Assembly (NCBI GenBank): GCA_002633005.1
Contig: NMRA01000662.1
Coordinates: forward strand, 133,375-197,374
Source of the DNA: Phoronis australis
Lineage: Eukaryota; Animalia; Phoronida
Direction of reading: 5' to 3'
DNA length: 64,000 nucleotides
The position numbers were made by a program, and so were the translations under genes. Shown here one piece after another: positions 13,512-26,093 of this stretch (positions are counted from its first letter, which is position 1; every line of letters starts with the position of its first letter). The notes below the pieces were generated by a model that saw nothing but the letters and a program-made list of their open reading frames with translations, was not told where the DNA came from and made no database searches.

Positions 13512-16500
13512 ACACACTCGATTTTAAGGCTCTATCGTTTCATTCACAAAGGCAGTCATGAGTAAAAAGATTGAAGGATTGAGTTAGCGTTGGGCTTGAA
13601 TTGTTTAAAGTGTTGACACAGGCTTTAATCATTTCTCTGAGATTATTTAATACTCGCGTTGCCTAAACATTCGTCTGTACATGGTCAAGTTGTATTTTCT
13701 TTGTGACAGTCGGAGGAATTTCGCAGTGTTGCTGAGCAAGCAGGTACAACATGTGGTAAGAATTTTCTCCATTTCAACTGTTGCATTTTTCTCCATCAGT
13801 CGTATGCAGCGATTTGATTGGTCGAATTGTCTGAGTGGGTGGAACGGATAAAAATAACTCCGAGTTGAGGGCTCAGGTGATATATATATATAGGGCAAGT
13901 CTCTTGACAAACTTGAATTGAGAAAGAAGTGACTGAAATTACAAGTAATCATAGCGAAGATTGGAGTAAGTCATTTGCCAGCAAGTTTAAACAGACACTA
14001 AACTTGGTGAGTAGTTTATTTTTAATTGTTTAGTTGGATACGTAATTAGAATTTTTGTTACTGGTTACCGAGCTCAGCTCAGGGATTTCCCATCCGTGTC
14101 AGGCGCTATTTTTAGAACTTTAAATTGACTAGAATGACAAGGATTTCCCTTTGCACATTGGTTGCTAATTCGCCAGTTAACGGATTGAAATAATGACGAA
14201 ACAAGGAAACATTTAATTGAACAAACAATTTCCTTGCTTGGAGGAAATGCTTTCAATTGCTCTTTGTGTACAAACAAATTTCTCAGTGTAACATGGCGCA
14301 TGAAGGTCCCCCTATTAAGTGCGCTGTACTGTTTACGTTTCCACACGATTAGAGATTTAGTTGGATGCATAGTGAATAGAATACGTCAAAGACCATGAAT
14401 GAAACAAAATTACAACAATTGGCCATTATTTCATTCCTGTATTGTTAGTACAACCAATTTCAATTTCACTTTCATGGACGTAACGTATTGTTACCAAGAC
14501 GGCATCGGTATAAGGAGAATATTTATTCTCACACGTAAACAACATTCCCATGCTTGTAATCTACATTCACGTAATTAATTCGATGATTTCCTGGAACAAT
14601 GGTGGAATTTGTTTTATAAACATAACCTTGTGTACCCAAATCATTGAGATGTTTGTTTGAGAGGATTATCGTTTGACTTGTGAGCATTGTAAGGCGAGGA
14701 GTCAACGGTAATCGAAATTACTATTGGTCGTCTGGTCCAAACAGATTTATCTGTAAAAAGAAAACAGAGTTATGTTTGTTTGTTTCTGGTAAGGTTTAAA
14801 AACAACAAAATAACTGATGTGACACACAGCGAGATTTCAGATTGGAGACGTTTTATCGAAGAGGTATGCAAAGCAATCAACTAGCATATTTTAGTGTAAC
14901 ACATTTTGGACGGGCAAACAATAAGCGACTAATGTCGACTTCTAGGAATTTACGCTGTAGGCAACCAAGAAGTAACGGAAAAATCTGGTGCTAATTCAGA
15001 CATATGTCACAGGAATGACTTTAAAATTCGGGTGATAACGATTAATATCAGTGATCGTGAAAAATCTGGGTTTAATTTTAGACATGGGTTGCTAAATATA
15101 GTGTGATGCTAGACATTGGCCATTGGTAACCACTCAAGCACCTGTGGACAGAAATATTATAATTAATCCTTTAATTTATCAGCTTTCTTTAACAATAACC
15201 ACCCCAATGTGTAAACAAACATGCAAAAACAGATAATTATATCCAATTAAAACATATATTGTCATGATCAGCTAAGGGAAATCAGAAGCGAAGAGATTTG
15301 TGTTTCACACTATGAAACATAGATCTAAATATGTGGGACAGTGACACTGACAAAAACAGGCGCATAACATTGTAAGAGGGACGTTGGTATTTGACAAGGG
15401 CGTTTGATTGCTTGGGGTTGAGCTAATTATCGCTCGCATTACGATCGAAATGGGATCGGTAGTTTTGAATCCTGGGGTTCAATTCTAATTTTATAAGTAA
15501 CAAGTTTGCACACGTTCGATACACTGTCATCTAGGACTGGTGGGGAAGTCCCGCGAGCGTTACCAACGTGACATATCCGATAATACTGTTGTAAATTCCG
15601 CTGTAGGCAATAGTTCCCATCTAATTCAGACATCAACCTGTTGATAGTAAATGTATCACAAGCGTTTTTCTAGAAAATACGACTCTTGGTGCTTCGGACG
15701 ATGAGAAATGTCACGTCTTTTTCACGCGAAAAACGTTTCATTTATCAGTAAGGACGTAGATTTTGATAAATTTTTACCAATACTCAATATGAGTTGGTGT
15801 TTCTGCAATTTAAATGTTGATATTTGTCATTGTATCTTAATACCGGCAATTAATATAGGTGTCAAGGGATCATTTATGGCGATAATCCGACATATATGTA
15901 TTTATCCTCCCAATAGATTATGTGAAGAACGCTTAAGAGTGCCTTATCACTGATATTGGTGTTAGCTGTTCATTAAACATGACTGTGATCCACTTGACAA
16001 ATGTAAAATAGGAATCGCCGCCCGCAATTGGTGATATATAATTTGATTAGCAATGTTTTTTATTTCTGAGGTCTAGTCAGCTCACGGGATATTTTAAATG
16101 CCATAAAGACTGACACGAAACTTTTCAAGGTAAGGCATATTTCGGTAGTTTGTAAAATCATATGACTGTCACGTGGTATTACGGCGATATTCTATTGAGA
16201 GAAATCGAGATAATCTTAGGCTGGCTGCAAAACATTTGAAACTGTTCTAAACGCTTGTCCAAATATTGAGCCTTCCACCTCCTTATACAAACGAGCCGCC
16301 GCCGTGGGTTAAAAATAAACAGTGTCTGAATTAAATTTTTAGAATTTAAGCATGCCAATTTCACAACTGGCTCTTTGTGTACAATAATAAAAACCATTTA
16401 AGGTATGTCTAGTGTTGTGAATCATTAACAAAATAAAATATTTGCCATTTAAAATGTAATCCATTTAAACTGTTTATTTTAGGCACAATTTAACAACGGC

Positions 16501-19500
16501 GACACGTATAGCCATATTTACATTTCCATACCTGTTCTTAAATGTTTGAGAACAGATTTGCTTGTCATCTGATTACGTTTTTGTTTATTTATTCCGCCCT
16601 TGACACTGAGGCGACAATCCCCGATAGTGGTCACGCGTTTTTAGGGATCGTGTCACGTATTCGTGTGAACAACTTCCTGAACAAGCATCCAATGAACAGA
16701 CCGATGAAACGTTCGTACAGTAAACGGTCCACTCTGCGACACTATACAGTTTCTTAGCTCTGAAAAAGACTCTTGAAACCAGACACGCACACTGATACTC
16801 GTGTCGGTGATTAAAAACGCATGCAATCATAAACCACCGACGCTTAAGGTAAAATATGTCGTCAGAAAACCCTTCAATTAACTTTTGCATTGTATACACT
16901 AGGCGCACTTTACATAACCTAGAGAGGTAGACTTCTCCAGGGTAGTTAGAGCTAGGTAGATATTCTACATTATTGACGTCATGAAAATATGATAAATTTG
17001 TCTGGAAAATGTTAAGACCCACAAAAATTCATTAGCGTTTATCTGCGACTGGCCACGCGTTTTCGAGTCCCGTGATAGGGTCAGAGATGATTGGCAAATA
17101 TTTTACTTCTGTAGCAAAGGTAAAGTCCAAGGTCAAAGAACAGATGAAAAAGAGGCTTTCGGGGAAAATGGCTTAAGGTTCTCATCAAAAGTCCTTATAC
17201 ACTTCTATAGACTTGAATTGGAACAATCACCCTCAGAGAATTGTTGTATTATTTCGGCAGAGTCATGTTTTAGAAATGTTAATCAAATTTTATTGGTTTT
17301 GCTACAAATTCCATGCAAACCTAGTATGCGTAAAAACAAAATTATTCTAGCTATGATTCAATTAGGATCAGGCTGTAGCTCTGTTTGTCGTATCGTTGAA
17401 GTGACGGGCAGTCGACACCAGTTATCTTCGTGGTTACAGCGTAGTTCTATATCATTCGTGGTCGTTTTTAAAGCAGTTTTTGTTTATAAATCAGTTGCAT
17501 AGGAGTTAAAGCAAAATGCTCTCAAACCCTGGAAAACCTAACCTTGTTCACAGGTCAGTTTTTGATAGCTCAATTCGAATGCGGGGCGAATGACCTAAAA
17601 ATTCCAAAGTTTTTCTTAAGCAACCATCCGAACATAATCTGGAATCTTTTGAATGATGTCCAGGGAGTCGTCCGTCACTGACATTTATTGACATTTCCCC
17701 TTATCTTTTTATATACTTATTTTCACGTCGACTAAGTGGCCAACTTGAGACGTCGAGTAGTTTCAACTACTAATATATTCCATTGGCACTACATGGGGAG
17801 TCTCTACAAACCTGTTACGGGTTCAGTCGTTGTGGAACTTCAAGTCAAAACAGCTCTTCAGAAATCGCCGGTTATCTTGTAATGATAACTGTTTATAGTG
17901 ATAGTAAACTGACACTCCATGAATTCATTTTGTTTTCTTAATAGATTGCAAATAGGTTCGAGCTGCGCGCGTATATCCCTTGTATGTACACGGTAAATAC
18001 ATGTGTAAGATTATCGCTTCACTTTCACGCGTCATTCATATCAATTTCACGCCAAAAGGCCATTACAGCTGAGCGAATAAGGAATTTTTACAGACCATCA
18101 ACTGGGAGAAGTCCATGAGTTTGAGATACTCAAAAAACTGATAAAAGAGAGAGAATTGCAGAGTATTGGCATGGTTGTTAACAGACAAGACAACCAATCA
18201 AAGTCCTTGGAGAAATCAGCGCTAATCAACCGTCTGCGCAGTCTAGCTCATGTCGAACGTTTCCGATGCTAAAAAAATTTCTTGTTGTGAGGTCTGCCAT
18301 CTCAAACAATTGAAAATCAAATATTTTGTTTCAAAAACCATTTGATTGTCTTTTAATCGGCCTAAGCATGTTTGGCATACCTCCCAATGTCTAAGAGTCT
18401 GAGTAAATCTCGTATCGTATAACAGATTCAATTGATAACTTAACAAAACTATGTTTGTTGGCTTGTAGACGGCCATCCACAAATTTACTTTGTTGGAGTT
18501 TTTCCTTTTATCAGCAGCGTGTTCTGAAAATTAGCCAGATTAAATTCGACTGAATTGATGAAGTTTTCTGGATTTATTTATCCTTACAATGTCTACGACA
18601 AAGGCAAATACTCCTCGAAGCAGTTTTCTTAGGTACTCACGGTAATACGGCAGATCAGATAAGATCGGTGAGACATACCGTGTTGACGTGAATACTTTAT
18701 TTGTCGAAGTAGTGTTAGTAATCTCAAATTTGAGTCATTTGTTATTATTTTCAACTTGAGGGCTGTTTTTGACTTTTTATAGAAATTTGCTTTTATAAAT
18801 GCATTCACATAAACAAACACCAAAACAAAACAGCGGAAATCTACGGATAGCGAATCGGTGTTGTAACCATTACTAAGCTGACTTTGATAGACAATCTAAA
18901 CACCACCTGACCGAAAGGTAGTGAAGACAATCTGTAACTCGGTTACATACCAAATCAGAAACAAAGTCATTTTATCTCTGCATTTCAGGAATTTTGTTAT
19001 CATAGATAAGATTGGTTATTGACAATTTTTACTGAATGCCTAATTTGCGACCACATCCGCGACCATACGTTATCGTGATTCGCGGCAACAACAGTTCAAA
19101 CTTTCAATCACTTGCCAAATTTCGTAAACGGCTCCCGACATGGTTAAAAATACTTGTACACCTGGAAAAAGCAAGAGAGGAAGTGTAAGTTATTCTTATA
19201 ATTACGCATGCGTCATAGGCGTTGTATACCTTTTTATGCAACATGGAAGACTGTAAGCGCAGTTATTTCTATATCATTTCCTTTAATTAATTCGCTCACA
19301 ACTTTCTGTTGCTTCAGCAACTCACAACGTGTTCGGGATGCGAAACTTGTTTTCACTCATGCGTTAAATAAACCTTCAAGTGTTGCCAAAACCAATACAA
19401 ACACCTGTGTATATATCGTATCTTTTTAATAAATCTCAGCATTTCATCAGCGCAAGCAGTCGAGCAGTTATCGTGAGAGTCTAAACGCTCACCAGGGTTG

Positions 19501-22500
19501 AAAACCACAAAAGCCGTGCCATTGTAATACGGATTTAAACCCCAACGCGCAAATCACGCGCTGTTTTCTGTTTCTAATTTGCTACACACATTGAGCAAAT
19601 TATATTTAAAAAAGATCGCTTTCAATGTTATGAATGCAAGTATGGAGCATTGTGTCACACATTGCTTGTATTGTGTCTACCCACCCACAATCACTTATGT
19701 TATGTGTTAATCAGTCTTCATAGTTTGTTTAGAGAATACAATTGCAATATAAGGTTTGCTTATAGCAAACTAAGAGAAATAAGTGGCGGCACCTTTGATT
19801 TTTTTTCTGATACGAACAACGTCTTTAAAAGGACAATAAACCCTCGCCCTCAGTCAAAAATCTATTTTTTATTTAAGCCATTTAATGTTGTAAAATTGTC
19901 CGTAACCACGTGGTTCAGATCAGGCACATCAAGTTTACTGGTCACGGCGGGTTAGGTAAACTACGGCCATCATAAGAATTCCCGAAGTTTGATTGCAAGA
20001 AACTTCAATTCAAAAAGGGTAAGAAAACGGAGAGGTTGTTTTGAAGGTGTAAGAACGTCAACGAATAAAGGTGTATCTAGAATAAAGGTGTATCTGACAC
20101 CAGAGCAGAGCGACTTCAACAAATCAGAAAAGCAAAGAATACACGTGTCTCGTGTCGCAGTGATTGGAAAGTTCACAGTGAGAGCCTGACTTTGTAATCA
20201 AAACAACAATAATGATATGATGATAACACAAACACTTTGTATTTCCTGTGTAATTCTAACTATATGCAAAGTGGGCTTATATCTACAAAACACTGTCACA
20301 TGGTCATTCTACCATGAACAAGGCCTGAGTCAAAGTGTTTTCAACGAACACTTAACACTAAGCCACACCAAGTGTCGTATAGAGTCATGTCGACCGCTTT
20401 ACGCTGTGTAAGGTGTTGAACATTTAGAACCCTGCCTTGTAATTATTCATCATAAAGTTACACAAGTACAAACTATTTCAAATATTTTTCCTTTCTCACC
20501 TGAATCCGGTGACGGGATCAAACGAGCTTGTAGTAATATTTCTAGGTAGGTGATTATGTCACTTTCTACACAGGCGAATGAATCACTTCCAAGTGTGGAA
20601 AACAGACGCGGATAAACAGGCCTTCCTTGGCTAATAAGTTATTTATTAATCAACAATGCAACTAGCTGGAGATATTCAGCCGTTGATTTTGAGCCGCTTA
20701 GCTGAATGGTCGACCATTCAGGCGTGGCCATGTGTCTCCGACACTTTTCTTCTGAGGCCAGACACGCTACCACAACTCAAGCTGTGAGCGGAGAGATTAT
20801 CCCCAGTTAAATGAATCGTTTGGGAGCAGTTTATTGTCTGCGCGGTCGTTAATCGGCTAAAACGCGAGACGCATTCTACCACTAACGAAATTGGGCTGCT
20901 TGCTGAGACGGCGGCGAGACAATAGCTTACCAAAACGTAAACGTGTGTCCAAAGAAATGGGACGTATTATGGGAGATCTTTCCTATTGATTAATTTAGGG
21001 AAGCTGTGAGCTGCTCAGTCTAATCATCAGATCAAACCCGCCGCAGTTTAACGATATAGTGAATACCACTATCGGCCCAATTACGCTATTAGTAGCTAGC
21101 CGGAATTCCCCTGTTATTGTTGCGCATTGTTAAAGAACGACCGTTTGTCACATTCTGCTAGGGAGATGGTTTACTTTTTCCTAACATGTGTATTGAAAAC
21201 CCTCACAAATGGACAGCAATCAAGCAATTCAATGAAACGGATATAGCATACAGGGCGCAACGGAACAGGTTGTTTGAAGAATAGTTTTGCTGTGCTGCAC
21301 ATTCTTCTCGCGGCGGGGTATCGATAAAAGAATGAAAAACATGTCAGACCCTGTCGATTATCCCACAAAACTCGTGAAGAGACCCAATTCAACCAATTCC
21401 ATCTAACAGCGTATCAATAAGTCCCCCGCTGCTCCATTGTTGTCCCATAGGACGAGTTAACGGGGATTGGGCTTCTTGTTTGAGATCGCCCACTAGAAAT
21501 TGGGCAATTAGTCAGTGATAGGACTCAGCGCAGCAGGACCCAAAGGTGACGGGATTTAAGCGAGCGCGCAGGTGTTAGAGTTTCATTCTTCCAAAAGAAA
21601 GCCAGATCCCGAGGGTCTACAAGGCAGGGACAGGTAAATTAAATGAGTGACAGATTGGGCTGAAATGGCATGTTGTTATGATTTGATGTAACAGAAATAG
21701 TCTTGTTTAACTTTTACACATGTCGCGTGCTAAAGAATGGTCTGAGCTTGAAGCAAGTCAAGAAAATTGTGAGCACCGTTCAACACCGTTTGTTCACATT
21801 TCATGGTGAAGTTTATTAAACATTTTGGTTAGAATCAAGCAATGTTTTCTTGCATAACATATTATTTATGGTTCATATGTGATCGCAGATGTGCATACAA
21901 AAGATGTTTATGAGTGAAACATAATCTTAATGAGATATGCCAAACATTGATCAAGTCGAAATGCCAAACGGCGTGTTTTTCTCATCGAGGACCGGTGACA
22001 AGCGCTGCCCGAAGGTAACTCGACGTTATCGCGTTGTTCGCCGTTTTATTGTATTCGTTTTATATACAAAGTGCTAGCTCGGCTTTTTGCTACCCTCGAT
22101 AGCGACAAAATTTTTCTTAGTTTAATATGTACTGACAAAAAGAAATACAAAAGCACATTGGAAAATGAAAGAAATTTATCAGCTTACCCGTTGTAAATTA
22201 AATTGAATATTGCGTGGACAACTATACTACGTTATTTTTCGCATTTCAAATTTCTTTCGCATTTGAAAATACGCGGCGCTAATTCGATGTAAATTTTGGA
22301 GGGGACAAAATTATACTTCTTGTATTTTTGTACAGATATAGCACAGCATTCTTCGAATTTCCTCATTGTAAAAATCATGCGCTATCACGTGAAACGTGCT
22401 AATTATGAGACGAGGGAAGCTTAACATTGATAAAATACGATCGAACGATGCGAGTTCCATGGTGGAAGGCATTACCAGTCATGTGATGTTTCTATCGATG

Positions 22501-22874
22501 TTAATTCGTATTTGATTCACTCTCATATGATCATCTGAACATCCTTTCCGTTCTTTCACGTGTCGCTGTAATTCGCTTTGGATTAAACACGGGGCCCTCA
22601 AAGTTCCCGCCCCGTTATCGACTACATCCGGTGACGTGTTGTTCACAAGGCACGTGGTCTCATCATGGCTCCCATTAATTTCTGACATTTTTCCTATTTT
22701 GAAACCCAAATTATTTTTTCACCTTTTTCTCTAAAAGTCGCACTGGAAACTCTGAAATTCGTTGAAGTTTTGACTTCTATTTCACGATTTTTCTATATTT
22801 ACCCTTCTTCACATAACACCATTTTGTTAAGGTTTTATCGTTAGTAGTAGAGGAATTTGGGAATTAATTTTATC

Positions 22875-22946
22875 AATGAACAACCCCCATATGAGAGCAT
22901 ACGATATGAATGAACAACCCCCATATGAGAGCATGCGATATGAATG
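22875..22946. repeat. Two-copy ~34-bp direct repeat (aatgaacaacccccatatgagagcatrcgatatg)
   Basis: Directly visible. Confidence 0.9.
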
Positions 22947-25782
22947 AATGACTAATATATAATACTCATAAATATTTTAATAGTCTTATTACGTGATCAA
23001 AACGATTACGACTTCATTCACATAGCAGATTTAACTTCCCCTGTATGACCATTCCGCCGTTTTATTATGATGTTTAATTAGCTAGAACGTAAAGGTTCGC
23101 TTTTCAATGGACAACGAAAATCAACCACTTAAATAGCAAAAGAATTTCACATGAAAACTCAATCAGTGATTAATCGGGTGTCACCATAATTCAATGCGTA
23201 ACAAAAATTCGTGAAGTGTGCCTAAGCGCGCTTGTCGAAAAGAAATAAAAATATTTATCCGTCTCAAATTTCTTTCGCGTTTGTTAGTACAGCAGGCTAA
23301 TTCGATTTAAATATTATGCAACTGATTAAGTGTGTGCTGAAAGGTGTACGAATCAAAGTTTAACAACCGGTGAACACTTCGTCCCGTCTGTCTTTCTTAC
23401 AATACAAATTCGATTCAATGAAGAGTTCCCGGCTGTGCATACCGGTTTGACATTCCAAGCCATTCTAATTGTTTACGACTAAAATCAATTACGTTATTTA
23501 TTCCGATAAGAGACGGAATTCGCTGTACTGTTAAGAAAATTGATGACGAGCATTTTGCGGAAATTCGTAACGAGGGGCTAGCTTTCGTCGTTGACTTGGT
23601 CAATGGAGTGCCAACTCAAATAAAAAAAAACGATATTTGAATACTTACTCAGACAACTGAGAAATGGGCTCAACAATAAACGTCTACTACGTAAACATGA
23701 TTGCTTTTAAATTGCTAAATTAATCTAAATATTTTTAGTTAGGATAAAATCATAATCGCAACTTGAACGGTCCGACTGAGGTACTATTTTGTAAATCAAG
23801 CGCTTGTATTGGACTTAACATTCCAAGGGGTTGACATTCAACTTCACGGGGATTAGTATGTTGAAGACCCCCTACACTTGGCTTACCTTGTCAGTGGACT
23901 GTGTGGGTGAAAATTTAGTGGATACCGACCTTCTTATTCATTTAAAATTGTGAAAAAGACAAGTTCCGATTTCTTAGCAAAACATTTTACTCATTAAAGC
24001 CTAATTTTGATATGTTATATTAACCATGACACTCTTAACTCGAACAATACAAGATTTTAGCTTCTAGCGATAAATAATTTTCAATCTGCTTACATGCTTT
24101 TTTCGTCTCTCAACCATTTTTCGTATTTGCGCGATTCAAGGATTGCCCCCGCAGTTTTGCAATGTTACCCTATTGCTCGGTTAAGATGGAGAGTTTGATA
24201 GTTTAGTACGACTATAAAAGATCTAAGTTGCTTTTTATTTACACATATGACGGTACCCAACTGTTCCTGTCCCGGCCGGCTACTCCGAAGTCGGCAACTA
24301 TGACGGCGAGTCTAGCGGATACGTTTTTTTCACATAGGCGTTGCTGGCAATTGTTGACGAATGAACAATACTTCGCATGAATGCAACACTATGTTGTTAA
24401 TTGTCGTTTCCAAAGAATATTTAACGCTAATGAGACCGATATAAAACTAGGCTAGAGGGATCTTTCTTCTTAATGAGAGTCTGGTTTTATCGTTTGGTTC
24501 TATCTAATGCCGTTCTACGTGCTCACGGTATTCTCCCCTCATTGAAGCTGATTGCTCAAATTTTGAATGTTCTACAATATGTATTTTTCCCAAACAGATC
24601 CTAATGCAGTTCTTATGTTAAAACTACTGTTGACTAACAATCATTGACAAAATTTTTGCGATGTACCAACCAGTGTCCTGTTGCTAGGCAAAGTTGAGAT
24701 ATGCAAGGAGTGTTTCCTTTTTCTCAAGTCATCACACAGTAAATCCAAAATGATATCTCCCAATGTTTATTCCTGTGGTCTTCATCTGGTTAAGTCATTC
24801 ACTCATTAAGTGGCATAAAACCCCACACGCCTTTGAACCTGCCGAAACTGACAAAACTAGGCATCTAATAGTGAAGTGCGCGAATTCTCATGCGCGCCTG
24901 GACTCTTCCGTGTTGGAGGCGGTAAATGCTGTTCCCTCGATCCATCTTTATGATTTATGACAACATGTGGGATTCGTGTGCGCGTTTAAAAAATATTAAG
25001 CAGAGCTCTTACAGTCCGTGTATTATATGTGGAGTAGATTGTAGACGTAATGTCTGCGACCGAGTGAATCTTCTTTTTAAGTTTACTTCCTTGCATTCCT
25101 GTTTTGCAGTCGCATATTAGTTATCCGACGCTAGGCGTTTGTCTGCTAAATATTGTCGCGCCAACGTATTTTTACATCTGAAGCGAGCCTAGAACAACCT
25201 TTCCAACTACATTCCAAAAATATGAGAATTTAGCAAAAGCGCTTCAGTCTATAACATTTCAATTGACCTGTCGTTCATTCATGCGATCGTTAGGGGGCCT
25301 ATAATCTATTTAACAGAAACGTACAGAGATCTTAATATCGTCTAAATTGATACATTTAGAAGACACATATTTTGATCTAAAATCCAGTGTTTCCGAATGG
25401 TTTGTAGATGTATTACGATATTCACACAGTTGTTGAAATACTTTCAACCGTCGCCTGACACTACACATCGTGTGTCATTCACCATGCCATGATAGAGTCG
25501 ACGCGTTGGACACATAATGATTTCGGATATAATAAATCTTAGTTTGTTTGCTTTCAATTTATCGTAAACAGCAATATAAACGTCAAAACATCACGAAAAC
25601 AGATGTACAAGAGAATACCAAAAAGTTGTCCCGTGATTGTTTCAGTCAAGAGATCCAGTATTTGACACAACATTGTTCCCGCGCAACCTGCGTTTTGTAT
25701 AGCCGAGGTGTCGGCTAGACACCCAATATTAGCAACAGTTGCGATCATCGCTACTGTTTAGCTTTTGCTGTTCTCTACTACC

Positions 25783-25840
25783 GATGACGTCATCACCATC
25801 AGGTTTATATAAGCCGACGTCCACCACTGACAAATCATTC
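25783..25840 (+). promoter_or_regulatory. Core promoter of the CYP7-like gene: CRE palindrome, TATA box, Inr; predicted TSS ~25837
   Basis: GATGACGTCATC (25783-25794), TATATAAG (25806-25813), TCATTC (25835-25840); first T of TATA to Inr A = 31 nt, the canonical spacing; 174 nt upstream of the ATG. Confidence 0.75.
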
Positions 25841-26010
25841 ACACTCACAAACGGCTGCGGGTCCAGCAGTTTGCGACCAGCTTCAAACGAACTGATAGTC
25901 TATGCGTTACAATAGCAGACGACACGGTTAATTGACAGCTTGATTTTTTATCCACAGAGTTGACAGATTCGGACTGAGCCTAAGCACGACAACTGCGATT
26001 AGAAGATAAA

Positions 26011-26093
26011 ATGGGGATTGTTTTGCCGATCTTAATTGCCGCCGCTCTTGTGCTGGGAAGCTATTACATATTATCCACGTTATACAGAAAAAG
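26011..26093 (+). CDS. CYP7: CYP7-like exon 1 (membrane anchor)
   Basis: ATG GGG ATT...AGA AAA AG|gtaagc; phase 2 matches exon 2; not in the ORF track. Confidence 0.88.

Noticed and set aside
3000-25700. Conserved miRNA (e.g. miR-124, which lies near vertebrate CYP7B1) in the gene-free region
   Set aside because: By-eye search found only seed-length matches, no full mature sequence with hairpin; a miRBase/Rfam scan would be needed to exclude
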